Shown here in pieces: positions 25,381 to 38,400 of a DNA stretch of 64,000 nt. The position numbers were made by a program, and so were the translations under genes. Numbering within the stretch: position 1 is the first letter of the stretch; each line of letters starts with the position of its first letter. Source of the DNA: Prorocentrum cordatum (lineage: Eukaryota). Location: positions 1 through 64,000 of the forward strand of contig CAUYUJ010000080.1 of the NCBI GenBank assembly GCA_963575745.1, in the 5' to 3' direction. The notes under the pieces were generated by a model that was not told the DNA's origin, made no database searches, and saw only the letters and a list, made by a program, of their open reading frames with translations.

Positions 25381-27230
25381 TGCAGTATACATATGTTGGG
25401 GTGAGGCCAAACAAAAATGGTGGACCAGCCTCCCCACAGAGGGTGGCAGGGCCTCTCGGAGGAAGCCCTCCCGCCTTCTGGGCAAACGCCGCCGAGGAGC
25501 ATCGGCGGCACGCGCCTCGCCCGTCAGACGGTCTGCGTTTGCCGCTCGCTTTCAGGACTGCAGCGTGGTACCTCTTGGCGGCGCGCACGAGGGGGTGGAG
25601 GGAGGGGGGGGGCTTCTCAGGAGGAGGCTGCTTCTTAGAAGGCGCTGGCCTTACATCTATAGATGAGGCCCGCGCCTTCTAAGAAGCTGGGGTGCCTCCC
25701 AAAAAACCCTCCCCCTCCCCCCACCCCCCTCTGCGCGTAGCTAAACCTCTTCAACCGTTGACCAGGTGAGCCCAGAGTCGAATCGATAAGTCGAATCGGC
25801 GATCGAAACGAATCGGATTCGCAGGAATGGGCGGCCAAGACGGGCGAAGTCGAATCGGCGGAGATCGGCAGGCTATAAGAAGGCATCCACTGACAAACCG
25901 AAGCCCAAATAGAGAGCCGAAGTCGGGTCGGATCGGAGTCGATCCAAATCTGAACGCATCGCGTCGCAGAAGTCGAGACGAGCCCTGGTTAACACGCGGG
26001 TGCTCGTCCGCGGACCAGCGTGGCACGGACATTCTCTCCTGGTTCTCCGGCTGTGGAGAGCCCGTGTCCCCGGGGAGACGGCCACGCCGAAGCGACGCGA
26101 ACTCGGGCAAATCCTCGTCACCCTCTGGAGATATTTTTTCCGTTTTTTTTTCGACAGCCCAACTTATCCGGTGGGGGGGGGGGCCTATGACCTATCTGAC
26201 CTTTCCGCTCTGGGCAGCCCCGCGTATGCCCGCGAGCACCAATACTGCGTACCCCCCCCCTCGAACCTGCGCAACCGACAACACACAAGGCATCCGGGGG
26301 AGGGTGGGGGGGCGGGCGGGACCGACAATCTGGTCCATCGCTGGGCCCTCGATAAAACAGTATCCTGCCTGGCGACCTTGGAACCAGCGTTGAAGGCCCA
26401 ATCGGGCCCCACTGGAGTCCGAATCACACGTGCAGAATTTGCTCGGACGTTCCCGTGAGCCTGACGCCCCCCCACGCGCTCAGTGCCGCCTCCGCGCGTC
26501 GGCCGCTGCCCTCGGAGAGCACCTGGAGGCTACTCGGTATGAGCAGTACTCTCACGGAAATGTCAGCGTGCCATGCAACGTCGGGTCAGGGGAGCGAATC
26601 CCTGTCTCGATCACCCTCACCCTTTCTCCACCTCCTTCTCCTCCTCCTTCTCCCACTCCTGCTCCTCTTCCTTCCTTCGTCCTCCTCCTGCCTCCACCTC
26701 CTTCTCCTCTTCCTCCTCCTCCTCCTCCGGTAGCTACATCTTCCTATTCCTCCTCTTCCTCCTCCTTGTCCTCCTCATCCTGTCTCCTCCTCCTCCTTGT
26801 CCTCCTCCTCACCCTCCTCATCCTGTCTCCTCCTCCTCCTCTTCTCATCCTCCTCCTTCACTCGGAAGGAAGAGGAGGGGCCAGACGTAATGGATTGCCG
26901 ATGGCCTCTTGTGACCGAGCTCTAGCCAGGCCCAGAAAACGAAGTTGCAACTACAACTGACAATACGAGATCAGGCAGAAGAGGGGAGAAGAGGCGACGG
27001 ACACGACGGACGGGAAGACGAAAAAAGAGAGGATCACGGGGATAAGGATGACGAGAAGGAGGACAGGGATGACGAAAACGAGCAGGCGCCGTTGCCGCCG
27101 AGGCTCTCACATGGGACATGAACCGAACCAGGCAATGACCAACCTGAGCAAATCAGAACGCGCGCAGCATGCGCGCAGTCGCGAAGAAATGCCTCTCCAC
27201 TCACGCCTGACCATCCCTGGACCCCCCCTC

Positions 27231-27341
27231 CTTTCACGCTCTGCTTCGGCAGCTCCTTCGGCGGCGACGTCAAGAACTGCAACAAGAACTTTCTCTCCAC
27301 AACGTCCTCCGTCTGCTCGACCGTCTCCAGGACGATCGGGA
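27231..27341 (-). CDS. CNOT11: CNOT11 homolog, coding exon 6: (V)PIVLETVEQTEDVVERKFLLQFLTSPPKELPKQSVK
   Basis: ggcag| acceptor; 111 nt, phase 1/1; AAAG|ga donor; matches the CNOT11 '[21 protein letters not shown]'-like motif. Confidence 0.9.
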
Positions 27342-27587
27342 CTGCCCCCCTCCAGAATCCCATGGGACCCACGAAGACATACTAAGACTGTGTCTCCTCC
27401 TCGGAGGCGTGCGTCCGACACGACCAGATCGTACACGACTCCTGTTGTACATCGTTCCCCGAGCGATACGGCCAGAAGGCGCCCGCCACGAAGCATACAC
27501 TATGAGATTTGTCGGCGCGCGCGTCGCCCCTGGAAGGGCGACGCACACATTGTGAACAGAGGCCTCCTGCATGGGGTCCAAAGAAAC

Positions 27588-27749
27588 GGGGTCGAAGGAT
27601 CGCGCCGCATCGCCGATGTATCGGCGATGTATCGGCAATGTCATCGCCAACGTCGGCGACGCATCGGCGACGTCGGCGTGGAGAAGATCGGGCTCCGCAC
27701 CGAGCCGCATCGCCGATGCACCCGCGATGCGGTGCGATCCTCCGACCCC
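27588..27749. mobile_element. ~160-bp MITE-like hairpin with 26-bp TIRs and internal CATCGCCGATG palindromes
   Basis: GGGGTCGAAGGATCGCGCCGCATCGC versus the reverse complement of GCGATGCGGTGCGATCCTCCGACCCC gives 24/26 matches. Confidence 0.75.
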
Positions 27750-28180
27750 ATCTAATCACTCCGACCCCATCTAGGATTAAATCGGGCGTGCCCCCCTACA
27801 GGGGGATTTGGGGCAACAAATAACAAATGGCCAACAAATACCCTCCACAATGGTCCCAAATAGTCAAAATAAATCATCCCCTGACTATTTCTACTATGGT
27901 TGAATCTTCCTCCTGTGGAGGGACAGGCCCGACTTAAATCTAGGAGGCCCAGAGTATCAGTATGTTGAGGTGACGCCGACTGACTTCGCCACGCCGCGCC
28001 CCGCGGGGCGCGCGCTCCCCCCCCCCCCGCGCCCCTCGCGCCGCCCTGCTGCAAGCAGCGGGGCAGCTCTCCGGCTCAGACCGCGACGCGCGCACGCTGC
28101 GCGGCGGCCTCCGCGCTCCTCGGGGTGGCCCGGGGAGCATGGCGCCCCTGGGCCCGCGACCGGCGGGCACGTGTTCGCCG

Positions 28181-28358
28181 ACCAGACCACCCCCCGCACC
28201 ACACCCGAAGACCCCAAACTTCGGGTTGGGAAGGGTACGGGCCTACGGGTGCCACGTGTGCTTCTGCTGCTCAGTGTTCCCCGACGCCCCCTCCCCCCAC
28301 TGGGAGTGGAGGGCAAATGGGGCCCTCGGTTTTGGGCTGGGGTGGCTTGGTGGGTGGT
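28181..28358. mobile_element. MITE-like family D (~170 bp); second copy at 28905-29067
   Basis: Ends ACCAGACCACCCC..ACCCGAAG and CTTCGGGT..GGGGTGGTTTGGT are inverted; shared interior CTTCGGGTTGGG..GTACGGG and GGAGGGCAAAT. Confidence 0.7.
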
Positions 28359-29697
28359 GCATACGCTCGGCATGTCCTTCTGCTGCCGCTGCCCCCGCCC
28401 GCCGCGACTGCGGCTGCTGCGCGGGCTACAGCGAGCAACTCCCGTGTACCGTTCTGCGCGTCGCAAGCGGTATCGGAGCCCGTCCTGGGGCCGCAGGGGA
28501 TGCATCATGCATCGCATTTCGCCTCGGGAACAGACGGGCCAGCCTCATTCAATGCGTGTCTTGTGGATCGCAGGGGCCAGAATGGCACTGAGAACTTGAC
28601 CACTCGAATGTGACTGCTGAACGGAATTAGCCGCCTTACTTTCACCTGCAGCGATGAAGAGGCTGGCCAGACCATTTCAAAAACGCAACATAAAGGAGCA
28701 CAAGGCAGGAGCAATCGCCCAGGGAGCATTCGAACCACTGTGACGATGCCTGCTATTTGTCAGACTGCGTTTCAGTTGTCTGATATGATCTCTGCAAATT
28801 CCCAAAGCCGCCTCTCTAGGACCCCCCTCAAAATCTACTCCTTCCCCCCTAGTGTTGCTCTCTGGCGTTCCCCTTGGCCTGAAGACAGTGCCCCAGGATG
28901 TGACTACCTACCAGACCACCCCAACCCAACCCGAAGACCCCAATTTCGGGTTGGGGGGGGTACGGGTTCCATATGTGTTTTTTCGATGTTACCCGACCCC
29001 CCCCCAACTAGAAATGGAGGGCAAATCTGAGCCTTCGGGTTGGGTTGGGGTGGTTTGGTGGGTGGTGAGGATGGCCGTAAGATATCCCAAGACCATCCCA
29101 CAACAGCCCAGCAACCTTCCGAGACTCCAAAGTTCTCCCTACCCAGTACGAGAACGCAAGAGGCACCAAAAAGGCCTCCAGCGAAGCCGTGACATGCCCA
29201 GAACAATGAAGCCCGACGGATCTGCCATGTGTTTTTACGTATGAGGTTTTTTGGCGTTAGGCCGCCTGGGGAAAACGTCAGAGAATCTCAGGAAGCCTCC
29301 AAGACGGCCCCATAACGGCCCGAAACGCCGCAAGACAGACCAAGACCGCCCCAAGAGTGCTCCAAGACATTCCTCCTCAAGAGAACTCGGTAAAACCGAT
29401 GCCTCCAAGGCGGCCGCTATACCCTCCCGACAGGTTCCCAACAAGTCCCTAATAGGCCCCGAGTGCCCAAATCCGCCGGCTCCGCTGTGGGGCGGGCCAC
29501 CAGGCTGTAGGCCCAGGGTTTGCTGTTCCCTGCGTCAGTTCCAATTCCAGTTTCCACTGTTACAGTTTTGCTTTATGCTGCTTACTGTTCCTTGTTGTAG
29601 ACCTCGCGTGGGGGGGTAGCCGAAAAGCGTCCAACTTACCACGCCTGGATCGCGTGCTCTGAATTCCTGGGGGGGGCGTTGGACACATAAAAATACG

Positions 29698-30100
29698 TTA
29701 AATTCGCGTCCCCGAGGCCATAAACCGTTGTAAATTATGCCATGTTCGCCTCCCCGAGGCCATGAACCCTCGCGAATTACACCAGATTCGCGTCCTCGAA
29801 ACCATAAACCCTCGCAAAATACGCCATATTCGTATCCCCGAAACCATAAACCGATATAATGTACGCAAGACTTGCGTCCACATTAACCTGCGTAAATGAT
29901 GCAATATCTGCGACCCCGAATCAAAACACCATCGTAAATTACACAATAATCGCGTCTCCGAAGCCAAACACCCTCGTACATTGCGCGATAGTCGCGTCTC
30001 CGAAGCCATACACCTGTGCAAGTTACGCCATCTCTGCGAACCCGAAGCCATAAACCCTCGCTCGTAAATTACGCGCTACTCGCGTACCCGAAGCCACCTC
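29698..30100. repeat. Degenerate 42-bp tandem repeat (~9 copies)
   Basis: TCGCGTCCCCGAAGCCATAAACCCTCGTAAATTACGCCA-like units at a 42-nt period. Confidence 0.85.
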
Positions 30101-30650
30101 AAAATACAAAACCGAATTCAACAATATCATCATAATCTCAATTCCTCTTGCCGATTACTCGTCGTCTTCGCGTGAGGTCCCGACGCTGCTTCACGGCGGC
30201 GCCAAGGCCTCATAAATTCGCTCTTGCATTGTCCATTATCCGAGAGAGGGGGCCGGCGGCAGGGGGCGAAGCCCTTACGGATAATCCCAAAGAAAGCCAC
30301 CACTACGCTTTCAAGAAGGTAAAGGAGGGAGCAGGCTGGAAGAGGAGGAGAACGAGGCCGAGGACAAGGACAAGAACATGCGCCAAGTGTCAAGCGAAGT
30401 GCAATCTGAACCTCGTCCCTGCCGTGCTGCTGCGTAGACGCGGAGGCTGGTTTTGTCTCTGGCAGCTGGACTCGGTCGAAGAGACCAACGTGAATGATGG
30501 AGCGATGGTGGACAATTGAAGACCTGTTCCTCCTCCTTCATCCCTCCCCAGCGCGCGAACTCGGCAACATCCAGGCTGACATCGGCACCCAACCTGCAGG
30601 GGAGACTCCTCACCACGGCCCCCCGCGATGCGGCGCTGCCCCCTCCCCGC

Positions 30651-30679
30651 CGAAGGGCGTCGTTGGAAGGTTCTCGTTC
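30651..30679 (-). CDS. CNOT11: CNOT11 homolog, coding micro-exon 5: (R)NENLPTTPF(V)
   Basis: cacag| acceptor; 29 nt (1+27+1) bridges phase 2 to phase 1 exactly; G|gc donor; equivalent to 'TEPLAANPF'. Confidence 0.85.
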
Positions 30680-30849
30680 CTGTGGCCCGCTTGATATTCG
30701 CTTCGCTGCGAGCGCTCCCGCGCGCCGCCAGCCCTCGCTCGCTATCTACCATCGGTCTCCTCTCCGCTCGGGACAGACCACCGCTGCTTCCTCGTGGCGG
30801 CGCGCAGAGCGGACAACTTCCAACTCCATGTTCTGTTGTCCCGATTGAA

Positions 30850-31147
<298 letters not shown>

Positions 31148-32895
31148 TCTCGCTAGGGTGACTGCGTGATCATACCCTGCAAGGGTGACTGCACTCCAAT
31201 GTTCTTCGGAAAAAACTCAGTATCAAAAAACATGGCGAACGGCCTGTTCACACGACTTGCGGGAACACTTTACCTGAACAACGGCGCTCTCGAGGAATGC
31301 TCTCAGGAAACCACTGCCGCACATTCGATGGTCGCTGCTGTGTCCCGGCCCAATGCGATACCAACCAGCGCACGCACCTACGAAACTAGAAGCGGTGGAC
31401 ATGCTCCTGGCAGAGAATCGGTTACAATCGGAATGTGTGTCGGACCCGCCGCATCCGCACGGAGTCGGAATCGAATCAGAGCGGATGCGACAAGATTCAC
31501 AGCAACGCCATGCAAACAGCTGGCCGCGTCAGATCGTCGAAACATCAAAATCGCATCCGTTCAGGCTGGCCAAAACCGGTATCGAATCGGATCAACCGGA
31601 TCGGAACTGACCCTCTCACGGCGGATCCCCCTCGTCACGGCCTCTCCGCCCAGAGGCCCTCTCGAAGCACGCGTGGCTCGGGGAGGAGGCGTCCAGGGGG
31701 TGCAGAGGTGAGCTCTGCGCCACTCGGCCGCTGACGGCCAGGCAGCATGACCTTGGGCGCGCCGCGTGCCGACGAGCTCTCGGACGCACAGGCCTCTGCC
31801 GATGCCGGACGGCATGGGAAGGGCCAACAGACGGCGGCCACGAGAAAAATCCGGGGGGGGGTCCCCATGGAAGCAACCGCTTTCTGCCGCTGGGGAAAGA
31901 CTGCTGGAAGGCCGATGGGCCTCGATGGCACCGACGACGCCAACGAGCAGGCCCGGGGCGCTACTGCGCAACGGGCCCCGGAGCAGAGCATGTCTCGGGC
32001 ATTTCTTGGTCGGCACCCTGCGCTGCCTGGACGACCACACACGGGAGGTCGCGCTACGCGATGTGTGCTTCACTCCGCGCTCTCACACGCCTCCCCTCCC
32101 CCCGGAGAAGAATGCATGGCTCTTCTCTCCCGCCGCTACTGCAAACCGCAGTGGCGTGTCTGCCTTCGCGCCCCTGCGGGTGGCATGGGCCGCGCAAAAT
32201 TGAACCCTGCACGCAAACCGTGGGCGCAGACCCTGCAAGCGTCGCGACACTCGCCCGCGCGACGAGGGCAACCTGCTGGAAAGCCGGCCCAGGGGGAAGG
32301 AACCTATCCCGGGATCCACCAAAGGGGGGGTGACCCTGAGGGGGGGAAGGGGTTCGATCCGCGGGTGCACCGAACTGCCGCAAGCAGATGCCCCCCAGGC
32401 ATGCCCCACCTATCGGCAACTATCGGGAGCTGCCGGCGGCGGGGGGGCATCTGTTTTCGGCGGTTCGGTGCAAAAGCCGATCGTACTCACGCCCCCCCTG
32501 GGGCAGTTCCCCCTTTTGCGGGATCCCGACTATCCCCTAGATCCGACGTCATGCAACAGTCACCACGTTGCGAGACACGGTCGACGAGCGGAGCTCTGTC
32601 CCGTCACTCTGCGGAATGCCTCGACTCGAACGGGTCCAAGAGGGTCCTGGTACCCGCAACATGGCGCACAACGCCGGTCGTCGTTGCTTCACGACCCCCC
32701 GAGAGGAGGAGGAGGAGGAGGAGGAGGAGAAGGATGAAGAGGAGGAGGTGGAGGAGGAGAAGGAGGAGGAGGAGGAAGGAGGAGGTGGAGGAGGAGATGG
32801 AGGAGGAGGAGGTGGAGGAGGAGGAGGTGGACAAGGACCGAGGAGCAGGAAAATCAAGGAGGTCTGAAGGACCCGCGGCGCGGTGGGGGGGGGGC

Positions 32896-32957
32896 CTGTA
32901 GATATCATACAACAGGTAGAAGCCGACGAGCCGCTGCGCGCGGGTCAGCAACTGGTC
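32896..32957 (-). CDS. CNOT11: CNOT11 homolog, coding exon 4: DQLLTRAQRLVGFYLLYDIY(R)
   Basis: cccag| acceptor; 62 nt, phase 0/2; AG|gc donor; matches the CNOT11 'LLxxAQRLxxxYLLxExYR' motif. Confidence 0.9.
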
Positions 32958-34873
32958 CTGGGAGGGCGAGAACGCGATTGGGCTCGTCGGGTCGCACTCC
33001 GTCGAGTCCACGCGGCCGAGGTAGAACAACAGACGTCAACGAAACAAATTGCCGTGGACACTGTTCCCGATGCACAATGTCTCTCAACGCATCTGGCCAC
33101 ATGCTCCGCGCCCCCTGATCTAACTTCCGCTGATCTCGCAAAGAATCCGCACTCATAGCTTCTAGGGGGGCGCACCTTGGGGTAGCGCGAAGGGGGGGTG
33201 GCCGTCTTAGAAAGTGGGGGAGCTTCTGCGGAGGCAGGGGCCTTCTTAGAAGCCCACCCGGCTTCTAGGAAGTCTTCTTAAAAGCCTCCAGGCCCTTCTA
33301 AGAAGGCCCCTGCCGTCCAAAAAGCACGCCTCACTCTTCGAAGGCAAGCCCCCTCGCGGCCACACCCTTGCGCGCGCCGCCGAACAACCCGTGTTCCTTT
33401 TGAAATTTGCGAGCCGGCACGGGGCACGGAAGTGTCTCGAATGCAGTAGGCTCTCGCCACAGGCAGCACGTGCGCGCACGAGGCTCTCTCACCTCCGTGG
33501 CGAAGCAGGGCGCCCACTACGCATCCACACCGATCCTCTTTCACCCTCCTCCTCATCCTCCTCCTCACTTCTCTTCTTCTCCTCCTCCTCCTTCTTCCTT
33601 CCCTCCTCCTCCTCCTCCTCCTCCTCCTCCTCCTCCTCTCCCTCCCTCCTCCTCCTCCTCCATCTCCTCCTCCTCCTCCTCTTCCTCCTCCACCTCCTCC
33701 TCCTTCTCCCTCCCTAAGCAGCGTCGCGGCCTTGCGCGATCCCCTCGGCCCAGCTCAGGGGCTGCCGCCCGCAAGCCGCGGGGGTGTATGGTATCGACTT
33801 TGGTCGTCTTCTAAGATGCTTTCAGCTGCCAGGGGTGGTTGCACGGACCCGTCCACACCGATCCTGGGCCCAGGATCGGAAGTGTACAGTAAGCGATTGC
33901 CGACCTGGCTGAACAACTCTCGAAGAAGGACGCCGGAAAGAGCGGACGTTTCGGGACGGAGGGGCTGATCCAGAGAAAAGGGGTGAGGCCTGGAATCGAA
34001 CCAAATCCTCTGTGGAGAACGCTGCCAGCCTCCCGCAAGGGTGGAAACACGCATTCGAATCTAAACATGCTTGCGGGACTTCACAAAAAGAAGCGAGGAG
34101 GGGACCGGAAAAAGACTCGGGCGGCCTGGGCTAGAACTGCTGGCCAGGGCTGGAATGGATCAAAAGAAAGCCGCCAAGTGCTAGCCGTAAGTGGCCCAAG
34201 GAGATCGCGGTCCTCCTTCTTCACCTCTACTCCCCCCATCCTCCTCCTCCTCCTCCTCCTCCTCCTCCTCCTCCTCCTCCCCTCCTCCAGGATTCTCCTC
34301 CTGCTCCTCGTGCTCCTCCTTGTTCCTCCTCGTCCTCTTCATCGGGAAATATTTGGAAGTTCCCAAGACCTCTGGAGGCTCAAACACTGCCCAAAACGGA
34401 AATCAACATGGCAATTCCCCGACACCCCGCTGGACCCCCCCAATCGTAACCCCCCCTCAGGGGTGGGGGTTGGGGAGGGCTTTCCCGGACCCCCCAGCGG
34501 GCGGGTGTGGGAGGTTTGGGGGGGCTCTGGGGCACCAAACTAGAAAACAGGACTAGGATCAGAAACCCCGAAACGGGAACCCTCCTAAACCCCCTCCCGC
34601 CAGAAAGGACGTTACCCCCCCCCCCTCTCCTTGGAAAGCCCCTCCGCACGGTTTTTTTTTTGGGGGGGGAGGTTCTCTTTCCCGGGGGACACCTCGGGAC
34701 AGGGACACCTTCGGCCTTGCCAGCCCCCGAATGACGAATTTGGGGGTCGCACCTCTGCGCCGCGCCCGCGGCCGCGGATGGGGCAGAAGTGGGCGCCGTG
34801 GGGGCCGAGAACGGCGACGGCCCCAGGACGGGACCGCGCGGTACTCCTCCCAAAGGCTGGCTGGTACCCTCTT

Positions 34874-35551
34874 GGTGGGCACCTTTTCCACCGCCACCAC
34901 CATTAGCAGTAGGAGGAGGGGGTCCTCCTCCTCCTCCTCCTCCTCCTCCTCCTCCTCCTCCTCCTCCTCCTCCTCCGTTCCTCCCTCCTCCTCCTCCTCC
35001 TCCTCCTCCTCCTCCTCCTCCCCTTCCTCCTCCTCCTCCTCCTCCTCCCCTCCCCTCCTCCTCCTACCTTCTCCTCCTTCGCTCTCCTCCTACCTCCTCC
35101 TCCTCCTCCTCCTCACTCCTCCTCCTCTTCCTTCCACCTTCCTCCTCCTCCTCCTCCTCTCTCCGCTCCTCCTCCTCCTCCTCCTCCTCCTACTCCCCTC
35201 CTCCTCCGCTTCCTCCTCCTCCTCCTCCTCCTCCTCCTCCTCCTCCTCCGTCCTCCGCTTCCTCCTCCTCCTCCTCCTCCTCCTCCTCCTCCTCCTCCTC
35301 CTCCTCCGCTTCCTCCTCCTCCTCCTCCTCCTCCTCCCGTCGTCTCCTCCTCCTCCTCCTTCTCCTCCTCCTCCTCCTCCTCCGCTTCCTCCTTCTCGCC
35401 CTCCGCCTCCTCCTCCTTCTCCTCCTCCTCCTCCTCCTCCTCCTCCTCCTCCTCCGCTTCCTCCTTCTCGCCCTCCGCCTCCTCCTCCCCCCTCCAACTT
35501 AGGGTGGTTGTGGTGATTGTGGTGGTGGTGGTGGTGGAAAACAAGCCCATC
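34874..35551. mobile_element. TIR element enclosing a (CCT)n microsatellite (family E); second copy at 36118-36323
   Basis: TGGGCCTGTTTTCCACCACCACCACC ... GGTGGTGGTGGTGGAAAACAGGCCCA is a perfect inverted pair in the second copy and imperfect in this one. Both have GGAGGAGGGGGT directly before the CCT tract. Confidence 0.75.
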
Positions 35552-36642
35552 ACCTCTGGCCTGTGGGCCGCAGGCCCCGACCCAGACTGCGGGGGAAACC
35601 AAAATTGCTGCGGCCGCGCGCCGCCGGGGCGGCGGGCGCGTGCAGGGTCACGACGCAGTGCAAGCAGGAGGAGGAGGAGGAACGAAAAGCCCCCCCCAGC
35701 AACAACAAGGGGCAGCAACGGACAGGCCCAGCAATCCCATTACTGGGCATGCAGCGGCAAAAAATCTGGACTCCCTCCGGAGCATCCTGCGTGCCAGCGC
35801 GTGGCTGGACGCCAGGGAGGGGGCGAGAAGAGGGAAGGGGGAAGCAACAGCAGCAAGCAGGCAAATGGTGGGGAGTGGAGGTGAGGGCGGTCGGGTGCAG
35901 GTGGAGGCAGCGGAGGGGGCGGAGGAGGCGGAGGAGGAGGGTGAGAAGGAGGAGGAGGAGGAGGAGGAGGAGGAGGAGAAGGAGGAGTCGGGGCGCACGC
36001 GGGCACGGCAGGCCGCGGGCGTCGGTGGCAGCGTGGCTGCTGTTGGCGGCGGGGGGGGGGGTGCGGCGGGCGCGGGCGCGCCGGGGGGCAGCGCGGCAGC
36101 TGCTGGAAAAACATCTTGGTGGGCCTGTTTTCCACCACCACCACCACAAGTTGGAGGAGGAGGGGGTCCTCCTCCTCCTCCTCCTCCTCCTCCTCCTCCT
36201 CCTCCCCTCGTCGTCCCTCGTCCTCGTCCTCCTCCTCCTCCTTCTCCTCCTCCTCCTCCTCCTCCTCCTCCTCCTCCTTTCCCCACTTCAAGTTACGGTG
36301 GTGGTGGTGGAAAACAGGCCCATGACATATTTCTTTTTGTGGTTTCCCGTTTCCCCCACAACGAAATCAGGGTCTCCCCTCCGCCTGCCCCTGCGCCGCT
36401 CCCGAGGCCCAGGATGGGTGACAGTGTGCCTTGCGGCGTGCTCTGCCTCGATGCGCCCTGCGATGGCTCAAAGCCATGCCTCGATGTGCCCTGCGATGCT
36501 TTGTGGAAGGATGACGTGCCCCAACCTGGCAGGTGCATCGAAAGAAAAGCTGCAGCGATAGAGGAGCCCGACACACCACGGTATGTTCGACGACCCGCCG
36601 CTCCCACGTAAGAGGAATGGCGGGGCACGGGGGCGAACCGTC

Positions 36643-36687
36643 CTGCAGGAGCATGCAGATCACGCACCCGACCTTGAACTGGTCCGC
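36643..36687 (-). CDS. CNOT11: CNOT11 homolog, coding exon 3: ADQFKVGCVICMLLQ
   Basis: cgag| acceptor; 45 nt, phase 0/0; CAG|ga donor; matches the CNOT11 'ADHFRLGSVLVMLLQ'-like motif. Confidence 0.88.
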
Positions 36688-37502
36688 CTCGCTCGCTCAA
36701 TTGCGCGGGTCGCGGGCTCCGGAGCCACCGAAAGCCCACCATGAGGCAACGGGCCGTCCTTCCCCGCCGGGTCACGGGGTCCGAGGCGGAGCGTCGGTGA
36801 TGACCACCACCTGCGGGCCCCGATCCTCTGGCACCTCGGCAGGCGGTGGACATGAACGTCTGCCGCCCCCCGGGCCCGAACACCGAGCATTAGGCCAGGC
36901 GTGCCCCTACAGGCGGATTTTGGAGGCAAAATCAAAAATGCCTCAAAAAATGCCCCAAAATAGTCAAAAATACCACCAAACCGTCCCCAGACTATTGTTG
37001 TACTATTTTTGGAGATTCCCCCTGTAGAGAGACAGACCCGACTTAAACCGAGCAGGTTCGAGTCCACTGCCTGCCAGGCCCCCAGAGATGCGATCTCTCA
37101 CGGCCAGCGGTGGTGATGGACAGATCTCCGCTTCGGACGAGGGGCTCCTTGGAAGGCCTGGGGCGCGATGGCCCCCCAGGGCAGAAGGGGCAAGGCCTCC
37201 AAGCAGGGGCGCACGACGGACCGGGGCCTTCCAGCGTCTCTCGTGGGCCCCCCCGGGGGGCCGAAACACACGCCGCCCAAGACCCCTGGAGTCGTCTGGA
37301 GGCCACTGCACGCCTCTCCGAAGGCCCCTGGAGGCCGAAAGAGCCAAACACGCACACACCCACACACCAATTAACAAGCGCACACACACACAAACAAACA
37401 AACAAACAAACAAACAAACAAACAAACAAACAAACAAACAAACAAACAAAAGACAAACTATCAAATTTGCGCACCAGGCGGATACACTCCCTCCCCCACC
37501 TA

Positions 37503-37760
<258 letters not shown>

Positions 37761-38049
37761 TTACACATTTTGAGTACTGCCCACCTCTCTCCTCGACTCC
37801 GTCCAGAAGCTGTCTGGCCCTCTCCGCGCGCTGCTGTTTTGGCACAGAAAAGCTGAAGCAGTGACCTTTTTTGCACAGAAAGCTCCAGCAATGACTGTTC
37901 TCAGGTGTTTTGCAATCCGATCCTCTTTGGTGTATCAGAATGGTGATCCCGCTGAATCGTGGGCCTCATTTTCGGCTCGGCGTTACGCCCTGTCGTTCAG
38001 AGAGGCGCTGTCGCCTCAGCGCGAGCAACGTTTCTGGATACGAATCCTG

Positions 38050-38400
38050 CTTCATCGTTCTCGCCCCCTCGTTTCCTCTCCTGCGAGCTCCCCTGGAACT
38101 CCCGCCTCTCCCGCTCGTTCCGCGACAGCTCCTGTTCACGCTGTTTGTCATCGTCCTCGTCCTTCCTCGTTCGCTTGCTCCTGCTCATCCTCCTGCTCAC
38201 CCGCCACCTCCTTTTTCTATGCACGCAGCTCATTTTTCCAGCTTGGGCATAAAACGACGGGTACTATGTTGGGAGCTCCTGGTGGCTACGACAGGCGTCC
38301 GCGGATACGGACAACTTCAGCGCAATGGGAAGGGATGTGAGGGAGGGATCGGATGCCAGATTCGGTACGAGCGCCTCTTCTGCCTCCTCCCCCTCGATCA
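38050..38400 (+). repeat. ~350-bp diverged interspersed repeat shared with ~60080-60450
   Basis: Shared blocks CATCCTCCTGCTCACCCGCCA, GCGTCCGCGGATAC and CAGCGCAATG.GAAGGGATG..AGGGAGGGAT. Confidence 0.8.

Noticed and set aside
29698..30051. 117-aa ORF with a 14-aa periodicity as a repeat protein
   Set aside because: Derived from a 42-bp minisatellite inside intron 5, with no splice or codon-bias support.
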